64,000 bases of DNA. Origin: Nitrosopumilus sp. Its GTDB lineage: Archaea > Thermoproteota > Nitrososphaeria > Nitrososphaerales > Nitrosopumilaceae. Under the pieces are notes generated by a model. That model was not told the origin of the DNA, searched no databases, and was given only the letters and a program-made list of their open reading frames with translations. The position numbers and the translations under genes are program-made. The stretch covers positions 1,088,001 to 1,152,000 of the forward strand of contig OZ242220.1 of assembly GCA_965206745.1 (NCBI GenBank), read 5' to 3'. Shown here in pieces: positions 20,621 through 30,820 of this stretch (position 1 is its first letter; the number at the start of each line of letters is the position of its first letter).

Positions 20621-21375
20621 TCCAATCCCATCTCCATAGAGGTATTAGCAGTGCTTTCTTCCCAAGTAGGAGATTTTACCCAGTCAGTACTAAGGGGATC
20701 AGTTTGAATATCTGCAATACGCACAACGGCACGTTTTTTCAGAGTGATTTTAATCCCATCAAGAATGGATTTAGAATCCTCATAATACAAAGAGTTGTCA
20801 GTGATGGGAAATATCACTTTATTGATGGACTGACCCGAATCTAGATTGTTCTCAATAACAATCTTCATCACCCCTTGAACATAAGGAGTAGAATCAGAAA
20901 AATCAGTGGCAAAAGTTACTTTGGCATATTTACACAGGGTACCAGTGTCAGGGGAGCCATACAAGCCAAATCTAGAATTTGACGGATTGCATGTAACCCA
21001 GTCCAAAGAGTCTCGTTTAGAATCATGCAGTAAAAAGATGCCCACCTCAATTGGACAGTGGACAAAAATACTTGCGGCAGAATTTTGGCTAAGATAGATC
21101 TCCTTGTCAAATTTTAAAAAAACGTATCCGGTGCGTCTTGCAGGATGGTTAAGAGGCCTAATTGGCGCCAATTCAATTTTTAATTCGTCAGATTCTGCAG
21201 GGATCATTTTTTCAATTACGTTGCCTTCTGAATCCTGCCTGAAATATGAAAATGCATTATCTCCAATCCTCTCGATTTTCACAATAATTCCAGGCAGGGT
21301 TAATTCAAGATGATCACTTGTAGCATATTGGCCATATTTGGAATATCCAGATTCGACAGCATCTTCACTCATCAT
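20617..21375 (-). CDS. DUF432-like protein
   Basis: P-x-N-x-P, PIEVGIF and LYGSPDTGTLCKY pattern; stop overlaps the mscS start. Confidence 0.75.
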   Translation of the reverse strand: MMSEDAVESGYSKYGQYATSDHLELTLPGIIVKIERIGDNAFSYFRQDSEGNVIEKMIPAESDELKIELAPIRPLNHPARRTGYVFLKFDKEIYLSQNSAASIFVHCPIEVGIFLLHDSKRDSLDWVTCNPSNSRFGLYGSPDTGTLCKYAKVTFATDFSDSTPYVQGVMKIVIENNLDSGQSINKVIFPITDNSLYYEDSKSILDGIKITLKKRAVVRIADIQTDPLSTDWVKSPTWEESTANTSMEMGLD

Positions 21376-21433
21376 TTTATTTTTATTTGAACCTAGAATT
21401 TATGCCCTTTTATTGGAATAGTCATGCAGAGAA

Positions 21434-22591
21434 TCAGAAAAAATCAGAGATTGTTTTCTGCCTCACCAGATCAATGATATTTCCATGTGAAAGCCATTCG
21501 GATTTGCTAATACTCATCTTCTTTGACGCCAAAAGTAACGCATGATCAAAATCATCGGCAAATGCAGGGTCCTGATTCATAGCTACACGCACCCCCTCCC
21601 GGACCTGCCATACGCCGACAGGAATGGCATATTCGGGTCTAATTTCACGCAAAATCACGACGCCTGCCTGAATCTTCATCTTCTCCAAGTATTCCAAAAC
21701 ACCCAATTTGGCTGCAAAATACGCACCTGCAATTGCAGGAGGGTGATCAATGCCACGTGCATCCTCATAGTCAGAACCAAATCCCAATACCCCATCAGAG
21801 TACCAGGCTTCAATCATCTCATAGACCCACCTATGAGGAAACAAGACTATTGTGAAGATGTTTCCCAAATGCTCATATGAGAAGACTCTGTAGGAATCAA
21901 TCAGGCTATAACTTAAAACATCTTCAGTGAGTGACTTGCAGATAATATCATCAGTTGCAGTGATACTCCATTTGGTAGGAACCAGTCTTCTTTTTTGGCC
22001 AAGCATCCCAATACTAAAACACTTTTGGATCTTTGAAATCTCTATTCCAGAGTTGTACAGGTTTAATACGGCATCTTGGGCCCTCAAATCTTTGTCATAG
22101 TATGTCTTTTCGATGGACTTTACAGATGTCGTTCCAGAAAATCTAGCAGATTTTATTTCACCGATGGGGCCAAACGGGGCACTCTGACCATCCAGAGAGA
22201 CGTTTTGGGACGGGGATTTTTGAAAAACCAAGTCAGAGTCAGTCGGTTTTGAAGACATTGCAACTTCTTGCAGATTCTCAATGTAACGTCCGTCAGTTTG
22301 CTTAATTGAGATTTTTTGTGTTCCCCTGACCAGATTCAATCTAAAATTAACAATGTCCTCCAGGGATTTTCCCACCCATTGTTCAGGACTGTCAAGCAAA
22401 CTAGTGTCACCGTGGATCGGGGGGACCATCGGGCCCACAAAGACTTTGGGGTAATTATAAGAGCCAACAAATACTGAGGGAGGGCTAGTACCACTAATCG
22501 AGTCAGATGAGAAAAGATTCCCATGCCTCGAGAGGGTCTCATGCCATTTGGCCAGAATTGAGCGTCTGATCTCCTGGGAGTCATATGACAT
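21434..22591 (-). CDS. nreA: Nre family DNA repair protein
   Basis: SPPSVFVG, RRLVPTKWSITATD, PVGVWQVRE; C-terminal PIP box QKTISDFF. Confidence 0.88.
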   Translation of the reverse strand: MSYDSQEIRRSILAKWHETLSRHGNLFSSDSISGTSPPSVFVGSYNYPKVFVGPMVPPIHGDTSLLDSPEQWVGKSLEDIVNFRLNLVRGTQKISIKQTDGRYIENLQEVAMSSKPTDSDLVFQKSPSQNVSLDGQSAPFGPIGEIKSARFSGTTSVKSIEKTYYDKDLRAQDAVLNLYNSGIEISKIQKCFSIGMLGQKRRLVPTKWSITATDDIICKSLTEDVLSYSLIDSYRVFSYEHLGNIFTIVLFPHRWVYEMIEAWYSDGVLGFGSDYEDARGIDHPPAIAGAYFAAKLGVLEYLEKMKIQAGVVILREIRPEYAIPVGVWQVREGVRVAMNQDPAFADDFDHALLLASKKMSISKSEWLSHGNIIDLVRQKTISDFF

Positions 22592-22690
22592 ACAAAATCA
22601 TGCCTAAAATATGCCTATTAACTTGCCTAATCACGATAATTGATTGATTGTTAACGCATAGTGTTTAAGTGATAATCGCAACTAAATCTT

Positions 22691-23653
22691 ATGGCAATAA
22701 AAAGAATTGTCTCATTTTTACCTAGCGCAACAGAACTGCTTTATGAACTAGGCATTCAGGACAGACTGTTTGGAGTGACCCATGAATGCAAGTATCCTCA
22801 CGGTGCAACTCTAAAACCAAGAGTCATCAATACCGTAATAAATTCAGACGAGTTATCCAGTAAAGAGATAGACACAGCAACTTGTAAATTACTGCAAGAG
22901 GGGAAGGACATCTTTGTTTTGGATGAAGATAATCTAAAAAAAGCAGAGCCGGATTTGATCATTTCCCAAGAAACTTGTCAAGTGTGTGCAGCATATACTA
23001 ACCAAGTTGACAAGGCAGTAAAAATCCTAAAAAAGAGACCTGCTCTTTACTCTATGGATCCACACAACATCAATGAGATCATCGACTCTGTGACAAAGAT
23101 AGGCAAGATGCTAGAATGTGGAGAAAAAGCCAAAGAGATCACAGACGCGCTGAAAAAAAGGGTTGATAAGATCAGCAAGTCCAGACCGATGAAAAATCCA
23201 AAAGTGTTGGCCATAGAATGGATTGAGCCGTTCTTTACTGCAGGACACTGGGTTCCAGAAATGATAGGGATTGCAGGCGGAATCAACATGATAAGCAAGA
23301 CAGGCGAGCACTCTAGGCGATTAGAGGTAGACGAGATTATTACGGCAAATCCGGACATCATAATACTGATGCCCTGTGGCTTTGATACGCAAAGAGCGTT
23401 ATCAGAATACAATAAAATTTTAAAAGATAACATAGTCTGGAATTCTTTGGAGGCAGTTAAAAATGACAAAGTGTTTGCAGTTGATGCAAATTCGTTTTTT
23501 AGCAAACCCAGCATCAGGACAATTGAGGGGATGGAGATTCTGGCAAAAATCATCAATCCAGAAGAATTTGTCCATCTGAAGGTTTCAAAAGGCTCATTTT
23601 CACATATCGGCAAGAACCAGGTTCAGGCCCAAAGAAAGCCAGCCACAGAGTAG
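22691..23653 (+). CDS. Cobalamin/iron-chelate binding protein (BtuF-like)
   Basis: RIVSFLPSATELL, THECKYP, EWIEPFFTAGHWVPEMI; no signal peptide visible. Confidence 0.85.
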   Translation: MAIKRIVSFLPSATELLYELGIQDRLFGVTHECKYPHGATLKPRVINTVINSDELSSKEIDTATCKLLQEGKDIFVLDEDNLKKAEPDLIISQETCQVCAAYTNQVDKAVKILKKRPALYSMDPHNINEIIDSVTKIGKMLECGEKAKEITDALKKRVDKISKSRPMKNPKVLAIEWIEPFFTAGHWVPEMIGIAGGINMISKTGEHSRRLEVDEIITANPDIIILMPCGFDTQRALSEYNKILKDNIVWNSLEAVKNDKVFAVDANSFFSKPSIRTIEGMEILAKIINPEEFVHLKVSKGSFSHIGKNQVQAQRKPATE

Positions 23654-23771
23654 CAGATAGGCATTTTGTAGATCATACATTACAGAACTTTGCAGGGCCA
23701 AGGACAGACACAGTTTAGGACAGAGGGAGGGATATTTTGATGAAGACAGGGAGAGATTCAATGGTTTTGGG

Positions 23772-24983
23772 TTATTTTTTGGATGCAGAAACCAAGGACA
23801 CCACGTCCCTGTCTCGCAATTGATAGTCAGTGGGCAGTCTCAGATTATACCTCAAATCCTTCCCGTAAAGCAGTCCCTTAGTCAGGTCAGTGTGAATCTC
23901 CTTGGCCAGATCGTTTATTGTCGCACCATCTTTTAGCAATATTAGATCTGGAAGGATCCGGCCTTTTTTGTCAGTAAGGTTCTTTTCGTCAGCCACAGGA
24001 TAGATGGAATTCATTTTGAGGAGCTTAAAAACTGCCACATTAATTGCAAATTGGACGCCAGTTCTCATGTATTCTCCCATAATTCCTTGCTTGATGAAAT
24101 TCAATGCGTTGTTTTGTTTTTCATTTAGTTCATTAGGTTTTAAAATTTCAAATGTTTCAGAGCCAGGAGAATATTTTATCAAGCCCTTCTGCTCTGCACG
24201 TCTGAGAACAAACTCACTATCACCGCTGACAGGAATCACAATAGAGTCATTGTATCTCTCCCTTAACCGCGCAAAATTTTTATCGGCGTCTTTGACATCG
24301 ACTTTGTTTGCGACAATCAACGTGGGTTTTGAGATCTTTCTAAGATGCGATGCAAACTTTTTGCTATCAACCATGTCAAAGTCATCAAAGTCTTTCTCTA
24401 CAAGACTTGTTGCATAAAACGTCTCTTTGACATGGGTTTTTGTCACACCGATTCCACGATAAAGATCAGTTATCGCATCAACTGCATCAGTGCCAGCTTT
24501 GATCAATTTTGAAACCTTCTCCCTGTTCCCTTCAAGAATCTTGTGGTACCACATGATCAGTTCCTCTTCAATATCGGCAAAATCAGATATAGGATCACCG
24601 GTTCCAACTTTGGTAATTTTTCCAGCAGAATCTATCCCGCCAGACGCATCCACCACGTGCAACAGTGCATCAGACTGTGCGGCAATGGAGAGAAATTGAT
24701 TTCCAAGGCCCTTGCCCTTCCAGGCATCCTTGATAAGTCCGGGCAAATCAATTAACTCAATTGGAATATACCTCCACCCATCAAGACATTTTGAATTATT
24801 TGGATTGTCTTGGATTTTGAATTCTGGATGTACACACAGGGTGATTGCGTGTGCCACCCCGGATACGGGTAACTTGGTAGTAAATGGGTAAGATGAGATC
24901 TCCTCAGAAGACAGAGTGGCAGAATTGAAAAAGGTCGTCTTTCCAGTGTTGGTCTTGCCAATTAATCCTATTCGTATAGGCAT
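23772..24983 (-). CDS. ychF: YchF/Obg-family NTPase with TGS domain
   Basis: GKTNTGKTT, YPFTT, DLPGL, NKVD, IHTDL. Confidence 0.9.
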   Translation of the reverse strand: MPIRIGLIGKTNTGKTTFFNSATLSSEEISSYPFTTKLPVSGVAHAITLCVHPEFKIQDNPNNSKCLDGWRYIPIELIDLPGLIKDAWKGKGLGNQFLSIAAQSDALLHVVDASGGIDSAGKITKVGTGDPISDFADIEEELIMWYHKILEGNREKVSKLIKAGTDAVDAITDLYRGIGVTKTHVKETFYATSLVEKDFDDFDMVDSKKFASHLRKISKPTLIVANKVDVKDADKNFARLRERYNDSIVIPVSGDSEFVLRRAEQKGLIKYSPGSETFEILKPNELNEKQNNALNFIKQGIMGEYMRTGVQFAINVAVFKLLKMNSIYPVADEKNLTDKKGRILPDLILLKDGATINDLAKEIHTDLTKGLLYGKDLRYNLRLPTDYQLRDRDVVSLVSASKK

Positions 24984-25017
24984 GCAATAATTATCATTCC
25001 AGAATATTTATCTCTGC

Positions 25018-25383
25018 CTAGGAATCAGGAGGTTTTCTGTTTTTTATTTTTTCCAATGTTTCATCTAGCTTCCTGATTGCCCATCGGATATCAGAAAAAT
25101 CTTCCTCTGAAAGGGATTCTCCCCACTTTTCCAAAACACTATTTGAGATTTCAGAGCAATTGTACAGCAAATTCCAATACGGGTGATGCTCAGCAGTAGT
25201 GTATGCTAGCTCAGTAACATCATTGAGGCCATTTTGTGCCCTTGCTAAAGAGGTGATTCCATCTCCAAATATTTTGAGAATGCCATTATCAAGATCTCTC
25301 TCTATTTTTAATGGGACGTTTTGTTTTTCGTATCTTTTGGCAAGCTCCAACAGATCATGGTAAAAATTTTCAAAGTCAGTCAT
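25018..25383 (-). CDS. Hypothetical protein
   Basis: ATG at 25383 overlaps the upstream gene's stop (TGATG). Confidence 0.7.
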   Translation of the reverse strand: MTDFENFYHDLLELAKRYEKQNVPLKIERDLDNGILKIFGDGITSLARAQNGLNDVTELAYTTAEHHPYWNLLYNCSEISNSVLEKWGESLSEEDFSDIRWAIRKLDETLEKIKNRKPPDS

Positions 25384-25802
25384 CAGGACAACCTCTGATG
25401 TTCTGCCAACATGCACCGATTAAAAATTACCTTAATCCCCGCTTCTCGTGCCAGTTCCTCGGCTTTGGGGTTATGAATTCCCTCCTGAAGCCAAATCACT
25501 TTGGGTTTCTTCTTTATTGCCTCTTGGACTACAGGCAGCACCTGATCAGAAGGCCTAAAGACGTCAACGATGTCAATATCGCCATCAATCTCAGAAACCG
25601 AGTCATAGCATCTTTTACCCAAAATTTCATCAGCAGTAGGGTTTACGGGGGTTACATCATACCCATTATCAGCAAGATACTTGGGTACGTAATGCGCAGC
25701 TTTTGAGGAATTTTTAGACATTCCAACCACGGCCACTCTGTTTAATGAGAGGATCTCACGAATTTGCAGGTCTGAAAAAGAATCTTGCTCCACACCAGCC
25801 AT
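25383..25802 (-). CDS. CoA-binding protein (YccU-like)
   Basis: VAVVGMS, PVNP, IDIVDVFRPS, WLQEGI, NRCM. Confidence 0.9.
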   Translation of the reverse strand: MAGVEQDSFSDLQIREILSLNRVAVVGMSKNSSKAAHYVPKYLADNGYDVTPVNPTADEILGKRCYDSVSEIDGDIDIVDVFRPSDQVLPVVQEAIKKKPKVIWLQEGIHNPKAEELAREAGIKVIFNRCMLAEHQRLS

Positions 25803-25865
25803 TACACCATCAAGAATATAATTTTTGAACGCATGCTCTAAGAAAGAATTTTTTAAGCGGGACGT

Positions 25866-26384
25866 ATGAGAGAGGGTATGGAGTCAGAGCCAAAGGATCT
25901 CATCGTATTAGGGGCCATAAAGCATGGAATCAACAAATTTGATAAAATTCAAAAAATGACAAACATTGAACCTCAGCAATTAAACCAGATTTTAGAGCAG
26001 TTGGAAAGCAGGGGGCTTATTGAAGTCAGAGAGAAGAAAGGATGGCTTGGGATCAAAGTGGAGATCGCTACAACGGAAAAGGGGGATAGCGAGGTGGACC
26101 AAAGGGTTCACGAATTGCAGACAAAGTGGGGTCAGATGTCATTATTATACAAAACAGGAGACAAGGAGGGATTAAAGCAAGAGATGGAAGACAACAAATC
26201 AATCATACCTTCAATGATGTTCTTTGGAATTATAGACATGATGATGTTTTCAATGATGTTTGGCATGATGGGAATGACAATGTCAGACTATGTGGCCCCA
26301 GAAGGCATGTCAGATACGGCAGATGCGGGGATGGAGGATGCAGATGCGGGCGGAGATGGATTTGATTTTGATATCGGATTCTAG
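25866..26384 (+). CDS. Winged-helix protein with Met-rich hydrophobic segment and acidic Gly-rich tail
   Basis: wHTH-like N-terminus (LEQLESRGLIEV); tail ...DAGGDGFDFDIGF. Confidence 0.7.
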   Translation: MREGMESEPKDLIVLGAIKHGINKFDKIQKMTNIEPQQLNQILEQLESRGLIEVREKKGWLGIKVEIATTEKGDSEVDQRVHELQTKWGQMSLLYKTGDKEGLKQEMEDNKSIIPSMMFFGIIDMMMFSMMFGMMGMTMSDYVAPEGMSDTADAGMEDADAGGDGFDFDIGF

Positions 26385-26420
26385 CGTATATTTTATAGCT
26401 GAGATGAAAACAGATCACAG

Positions 26421-27428
26421 TTGATTTACAATTCATTTGACAACCCAGGATTAGTCAAAGTGTTGACATTTTTGCAAACCCACAACACAGAATATCTGTC
26501 AGGCCAGGATCTAAGCGACGTGCTTCGAATAAGCAGGGTGGCAGTATGGAAACATATCAAAAAAATTCAAGAGATTGGATACACTGTAGAATCAAAACAA
26601 AAGCTAGGATACAAGCTGATATCAAATTCAGAATTGTTATTGCCTTGGGAGATCACTTCGAATCTAAAGACAAAGTTCATCGGAAAGAAGGCATATTATT
26701 TTGGCTCAATTGGTTCCACCCAGACCCAGGCATTAAGAATGTCCGAAGACGTTGCAAATGACGGGTCAATCATAGTTGCAGCAAAACAGACTGACGGCCG
26801 CGGAAGATCTGGAAGGAAATGGATTTCACCAGAAGGAGGGATATGGGTTTCCATCATATTGCATCCAAAATTTGATATTTCCATGACAACCCTATTCCCC
26901 ATCGCATCAGCACTTGCTTTATCAATTGCAATAGAAAAAACATTCTCAATTCAACCAGAGTTAAAATGGCCCAATGATTTAACGATCAAAGGTAAAAAGG
27001 TGGCAGGAATGCTAGTGGATGCATCATTGGAGTCAAACAAAATTCAGAGTTTGGTTTTAGGGGTGGGCATAAATTTCAATATCAATGTAAAGCAGATTGA
27101 AAAGATGATCAGAGGGACACAGAATTTCTACGGAGTTGCATCACTTGATGGACAGAAGCAGGGCATCAAACCGGTTCGACTTGTTCAAGCTTTTTTGGTA
27201 GAATTGGAAAGAATCTACAAATTACTTGAAGCAAGGCAGACAAAGAAAATAATTTCAGAGTGGACTGCAAGATCATCGACGATAGACTGTGATGTGGAAT
27301 TAGATACAGTCGATGCCAAGATTAAAGGAAAAGCAATCAGGATTGACGAGGGCGGTGCTTTGATAGTTTCAGACAATGGCAAAAATCACAAAATTATTGC
27401 CGGAGACATCATTTATGCATCAAAATAG
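26421..27428 (+). CDS. birA: Biotin-protein ligase with N-terminal HTH
   Basis: SGQDLSDVLRISRVAVWKHI, QTDGRGR, KWPND, KVAGML. Confidence 0.95.
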   Translation: MIYNSFDNPGLVKVLTFLQTHNTEYLSGQDLSDVLRISRVAVWKHIKKIQEIGYTVESKQKLGYKLISNSELLLPWEITSNLKTKFIGKKAYYFGSIGSTQTQALRMSEDVANDGSIIVAAKQTDGRGRSGRKWISPEGGIWVSIILHPKFDISMTTLFPIASALALSIAIEKTFSIQPELKWPNDLTIKGKKVAGMLVDASLESNKIQSLVLGVGINFNINVKQIEKMIRGTQNFYGVASLDGQKQGIKPVRLVQAFLVELERIYKLLEARQTKKIISEWTARSSTIDCDVELDTVDAKIKGKAIRIDEGGALIVSDNGKNHKIIAGDIIYASK

Positions 27429-27430
27429 AG

Positions 27431-27772
27431 TCACTTTCTCTTTGATTTGGGTTTAGACTTTGATCGTTTTTTTGAAGAATCTGAGATCATCGAAGATTGC
27501 TCTTTTAAGATATCTTTGAGATCCTTTTGTATGTCAAAGACAGTAGAGAGTAGTTCCTCAAGAGATTCAGAGTATTGTTCATATGCAGCTAGCAGTTCTG
27601 TCTTCTTTTGATTTATCTTTAAAAGATACTCATTTGAGCGCAGTAGATTTGCAGATTCGATCATCTCAGGCAGATCAGATACAGGCTCCCCCAGCTGTTT
27701 TAAATCCACATTGATTTCTTGGATTTTTTTACGCAAGTCATAGATGATCCTGCCAGCACCGATACTTGTCAA
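27431..27772 (-). CDS. Hypothetical coiled-coil protein
   Basis: Heptad-like helical sequence with basic tail. Confidence 0.65.
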   Translation of the reverse strand: MTSIGAGRIIYDLRKKIQEINVDLKQLGEPVSDLPEMIESANLLRSNEYLLKINQKKTELLAAYEQYSESLEELLSTVFDIQKDLKDILKEQSSMISDSSKKRSKSKPKSKRK

Positions 27773-27930
27773 TACAGAATGTTGAAATTTTTAATAAAAT
27801 AAAGATTTTCCAAATAACGCAAATCACAGGATTCTGATGCAAATGAGCCTAAATAGGGCATAATTTGGGAATAATTTGGAAATGATTTGGGAATAACCTA
27901 TAAACAAAATAAAAACATGAAGACATCTAG

Positions 27931-29346
27931 ATGAAGATACTTTATTTTTTATTGGTAATTCTACTCGGTTCGGTGATCCTCGGCCAGACAGCATTTGCAC
28001 AAACAGACGAATCTGCAAAAGCAATGTTTGGGCAGGCCGAAGTTCACTTTAAGAATGGCCAATACAAGGAGGCAATTACCATTTATGACGACATACTAGA
28101 GACGTATCCAAACAACATTTCAGTGCTAAGAATGAAAGGGGTTGCCCAAAGCAATATGGACGAATATGCAAGTTCGCTCAAACAGTTCTTCAAAGTATTG
28201 CAATACAGCCCAAACGATGTCATATCCCTAACAGGGATGGGAGTGGGTTTTGGGAATTTGGGAGAGTATCAAGAATCAATAAAATACTTTGAAAAAGCAT
28301 CAAATGAAAGTCCAGACAGTGTCGTGATAGATAATTACAAAGACTTTATCAACGGCGTGATTTCAAAATATCCTTACACACCAACTCAAAAGCCAAAGGA
28401 GACAGTGCAGATCGCATCAATTCCAGAATGGATAAAAACAGTCGCAAAATTGTGGTCAGAGAAAAATATCAGCGATTCGGAGTTTAACTCTGCTTTAGCA
28501 TACTTGATAAAAAATAAGATTCTCCAGATTCCGCCCACACACATGTTTAGTGAATCAGAGCCAAGGACTCCAGAGGAGATAAAAAACAACGCAGGGTTGT
28601 GGGCAGATAGACAGGTAGGGGACCAATCATTTGTCTCAGACATTCAACAGTTGGTTCAGAACGGGTCAATTGCAGTCAGCATTGAGCCAAAGCAAAAATC
28701 TCCAGAAGAGTTAGATCATGAGGCCTACATATTTGAGAGATATCTCAGGGACATCTCAAAAAATATTTCCAAAGAGAAGAGATACATAGAATACGCAAAT
28801 CCAAGTCAGGACGTGATAAAGAAATTCCTAAGAGACTACATAAAATGGAATTTGGAGGACGCAATAAAAACAGGAATTGATAGGTTCCCAAATCCAACAT
28901 ATCAAATCGAGAATGACGTATACCATGTCAAGTACAAAGTATTCATCAATGACCAGCCAACAGGACTCCCTTTGGATCATGTCAGCACATTAAGTGAGTC
29001 ATTTGCTTATTGGGAAGGTCGGGATCTGATAATAAACGACAAGAATGCAAAAATAAAATTCGAAGTCACTAATTTGAAACACGAGGCAAATGTCTGGGTA
29101 ACATGGGTAGTTCGCAACCTAGGAGAGGGCGTACTAGGACATGCAAATCTCGGAAAAGGAGTCGTAGAGGTGACACTGGGAGACTATAACTGCGATGGCA
29201 GTTTTCAGTTGTACGATGTAAACAGCATTAAAACAATCATGACACACGAACTGGGCCACTCAATAGGACTGGGCCATGTAAATGATAAAAACGACATCAT
29301 GTATCCGTCATTTTCCACATCATATGCATACTGCCTGCTAGGTTGA
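27931..29346 (+). CDS. Secreted TPR + metzincin (matrixin-like) metalloprotease
   Basis: Signal peptide, TPR repeats, two IPxWIK-type repeats, HELGHSIGLGH and Met-turn DIMYP. Confidence 0.88.
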   Translation: MKILYFLLVILLGSVILGQTAFAQTDESAKAMFGQAEVHFKNGQYKEAITIYDDILETYPNNISVLRMKGVAQSNMDEYASSLKQFFKVLQYSPNDVISLTGMGVGFGNLGEYQESIKYFEKASNESPDSVVIDNYKDFINGVISKYPYTPTQKPKETVQIASIPEWIKTVAKLWSEKNISDSEFNSALAYLIKNKILQIPPTHMFSESEPRTPEEIKNNAGLWADRQVGDQSFVSDIQQLVQNGSIAVSIEPKQKSPEELDHEAYIFERYLRDISKNISKEKRYIEYANPSQDVIKKFLRDYIKWNLEDAIKTGIDRFPNPTYQIENDVYHVKYKVFINDQPTGLPLDHVSTLSESFAYWEGRDLIINDKNAKIKFEVTNLKHEANVWVTWVVRNLGEGVLGHANLGKGVVEVTLGDYNCDGSFQLYDVNSIKTIMTHELGHSIGLGHVNDKNDIMYPSFSTSYAYCLLG

Positions 29347-29482
29347 GATCTAAGGGGCAGATTATGGTTTAAAAAACCAGAATGAGGATTAGCTTGACCT
29401 ACACACGATTAACCCGCAGAAATTTGGTAAAATGAATAATAAGGTATTTTTACAATCACATACAGTGCTCAAAAATACAATA

Positions 29483-30373
29483 ATGAAGTGTCCATCTTGC
29501 GGAGACAAGAAAATCATTACAGATCAGAATACAGGGGAACTATTTTGCAGCAAATGCGGACTGGTCGTTACAGATAAAATCACAGATACGAGTGCCGAAT
29601 GGCGTTCCTTTTCAAATGACGAAGGAAACAAGGCCAGAACAGGAGCTGGCACATCGTTGACAATGCACGACATGGGATTGTCAACAGTTATCGGCGCTGT
29701 AAACAAAGATGCCACAGGAAAACCATTGTCTGCAAGTGTCAAAAATTCAATCGAAAGGCTAAGGACCTGGGACAGTAGAAGTCAGGCAAACTCTTCAGCA
29801 GATAGAAACTTGAGACATGCACTTAATGAGATGAACAAATTAAAAGACAAGCTAGCACTGACTGATGCCGTAATCGAAAAAGCAGCTTACATTTACAGAA
29901 AAGCTATGGAGAGAAAACTAGTACGTGGTCGCTCAATTCAAGGGTTGGTAGCAGCATGCCTTTACGCATCATGCAGAAATACAGAGACACCAAGAACTTT
30001 GGATGACATTGCAAACGGGATCAACATTAGAAGAAAAGACGTTGCAAGATGCTACAGGCTAATTTTCAGAGAATTGGAATTAAAGATGCCAGTGGTGGAT
30101 CCTGTAAAAGGTATTTCAAGAATTGCAAGCATTGCAGAGCTAAGTGAGAAGAGCAAAAGAAAGGCAATAGCAATCTTAAATCAAGCCAAAGAGAAAGGCA
30201 TGGTTGCAGGAAAGGATCCGATGGGCATAGCCGCTGCCGCACTATACCTTGCATGTATTAGTACAGGAGAATCCAAATCCCAAAAAGAGATCTCTGGCGC
30301 ATCAGGAGTTACAGAAGTGACCATCAGAAACAGATGTGCAGGGTTAAGACAGATGCTAAAGGATGAGCAGTAA
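29483..30373 (+). CDS. tfb: Transcription initiation factor B (paralog 2)
   Basis: CPSC...CSKC ribbon, EWRSF, cyclin repeats, GVTEVTIRNR; start may be the GTG at 29465. Confidence 0.95.
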   Translation: MKCPSCGDKKIITDQNTGELFCSKCGLVVTDKITDTSAEWRSFSNDEGNKARTGAGTSLTMHDMGLSTVIGAVNKDATGKPLSASVKNSIERLRTWDSRSQANSSADRNLRHALNEMNKLKDKLALTDAVIEKAAYIYRKAMERKLVRGRSIQGLVAACLYASCRNTETPRTLDDIANGINIRRKDVARCYRLIFRELELKMPVVDPVKGISRIASIAELSEKSKRKAIAILNQAKEKGMVAGKDPMGIAAAALYLACISTGESKSQKEISGASGVTEVTIRNRCAGLRQMLKDEQ

Positions 30374-30375
30374 TA

Positions 30376-30783
30376 TCATCCAGACATCTCAAACTCCATC
30401 CTATCCCAAGGAAAGACAACGTATGCATCACCGTCAGTCTCCTTCCCGTAAATTAGTTGCGCCGGATAATTTTTTGCGCGTCTTGCAAATAAAGTGACAT
30501 AGAGTAATTTTGAAGGATCCTCGACTCGCGAGATTATCTTCTCAAAAGTCTTGCCAGAGTCAAAAATATCATCGACAAATATAGAATCAGTAGAGATGGC
30601 ATCTTCATCGACAAATATTTTCTCCACCCCCAAACGATCTGCCAATAAACGAGACGGAACCAGGCCGCCTCTGCTCAATGTTGATATGCTAGAAAATTTG
30701 TCAGGAGATTTTAAAACAATACCGGCAACAGTATCAACTAAAGAATCAATTTCAGACCAATCAACATATTGCCCTAGTGCCAC
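30376..30783 (-). CDS. Purine phosphoribosyltransferase-like protein
   Basis: SRGGLVP, FVDDIFDSGKT PRPP loop, VVFPW. Confidence 0.88.
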   Translation of the reverse strand: MALGQYVDWSEIDSLVDTVAGIVLKSPDKFSSISTLSRGGLVPSRLLADRLGVEKIFVDEDAISTDSIFVDDIFDSGKTFEKIISRVEDPSKLLYVTLFARRAKNYPAQLIYGKETDGDAYVVFPWDRMEFEMSG

Positions 30784-30820
30784 ATCTAGGACACTTGGAA
30801 AGCGGATTAAATTCTTACGC

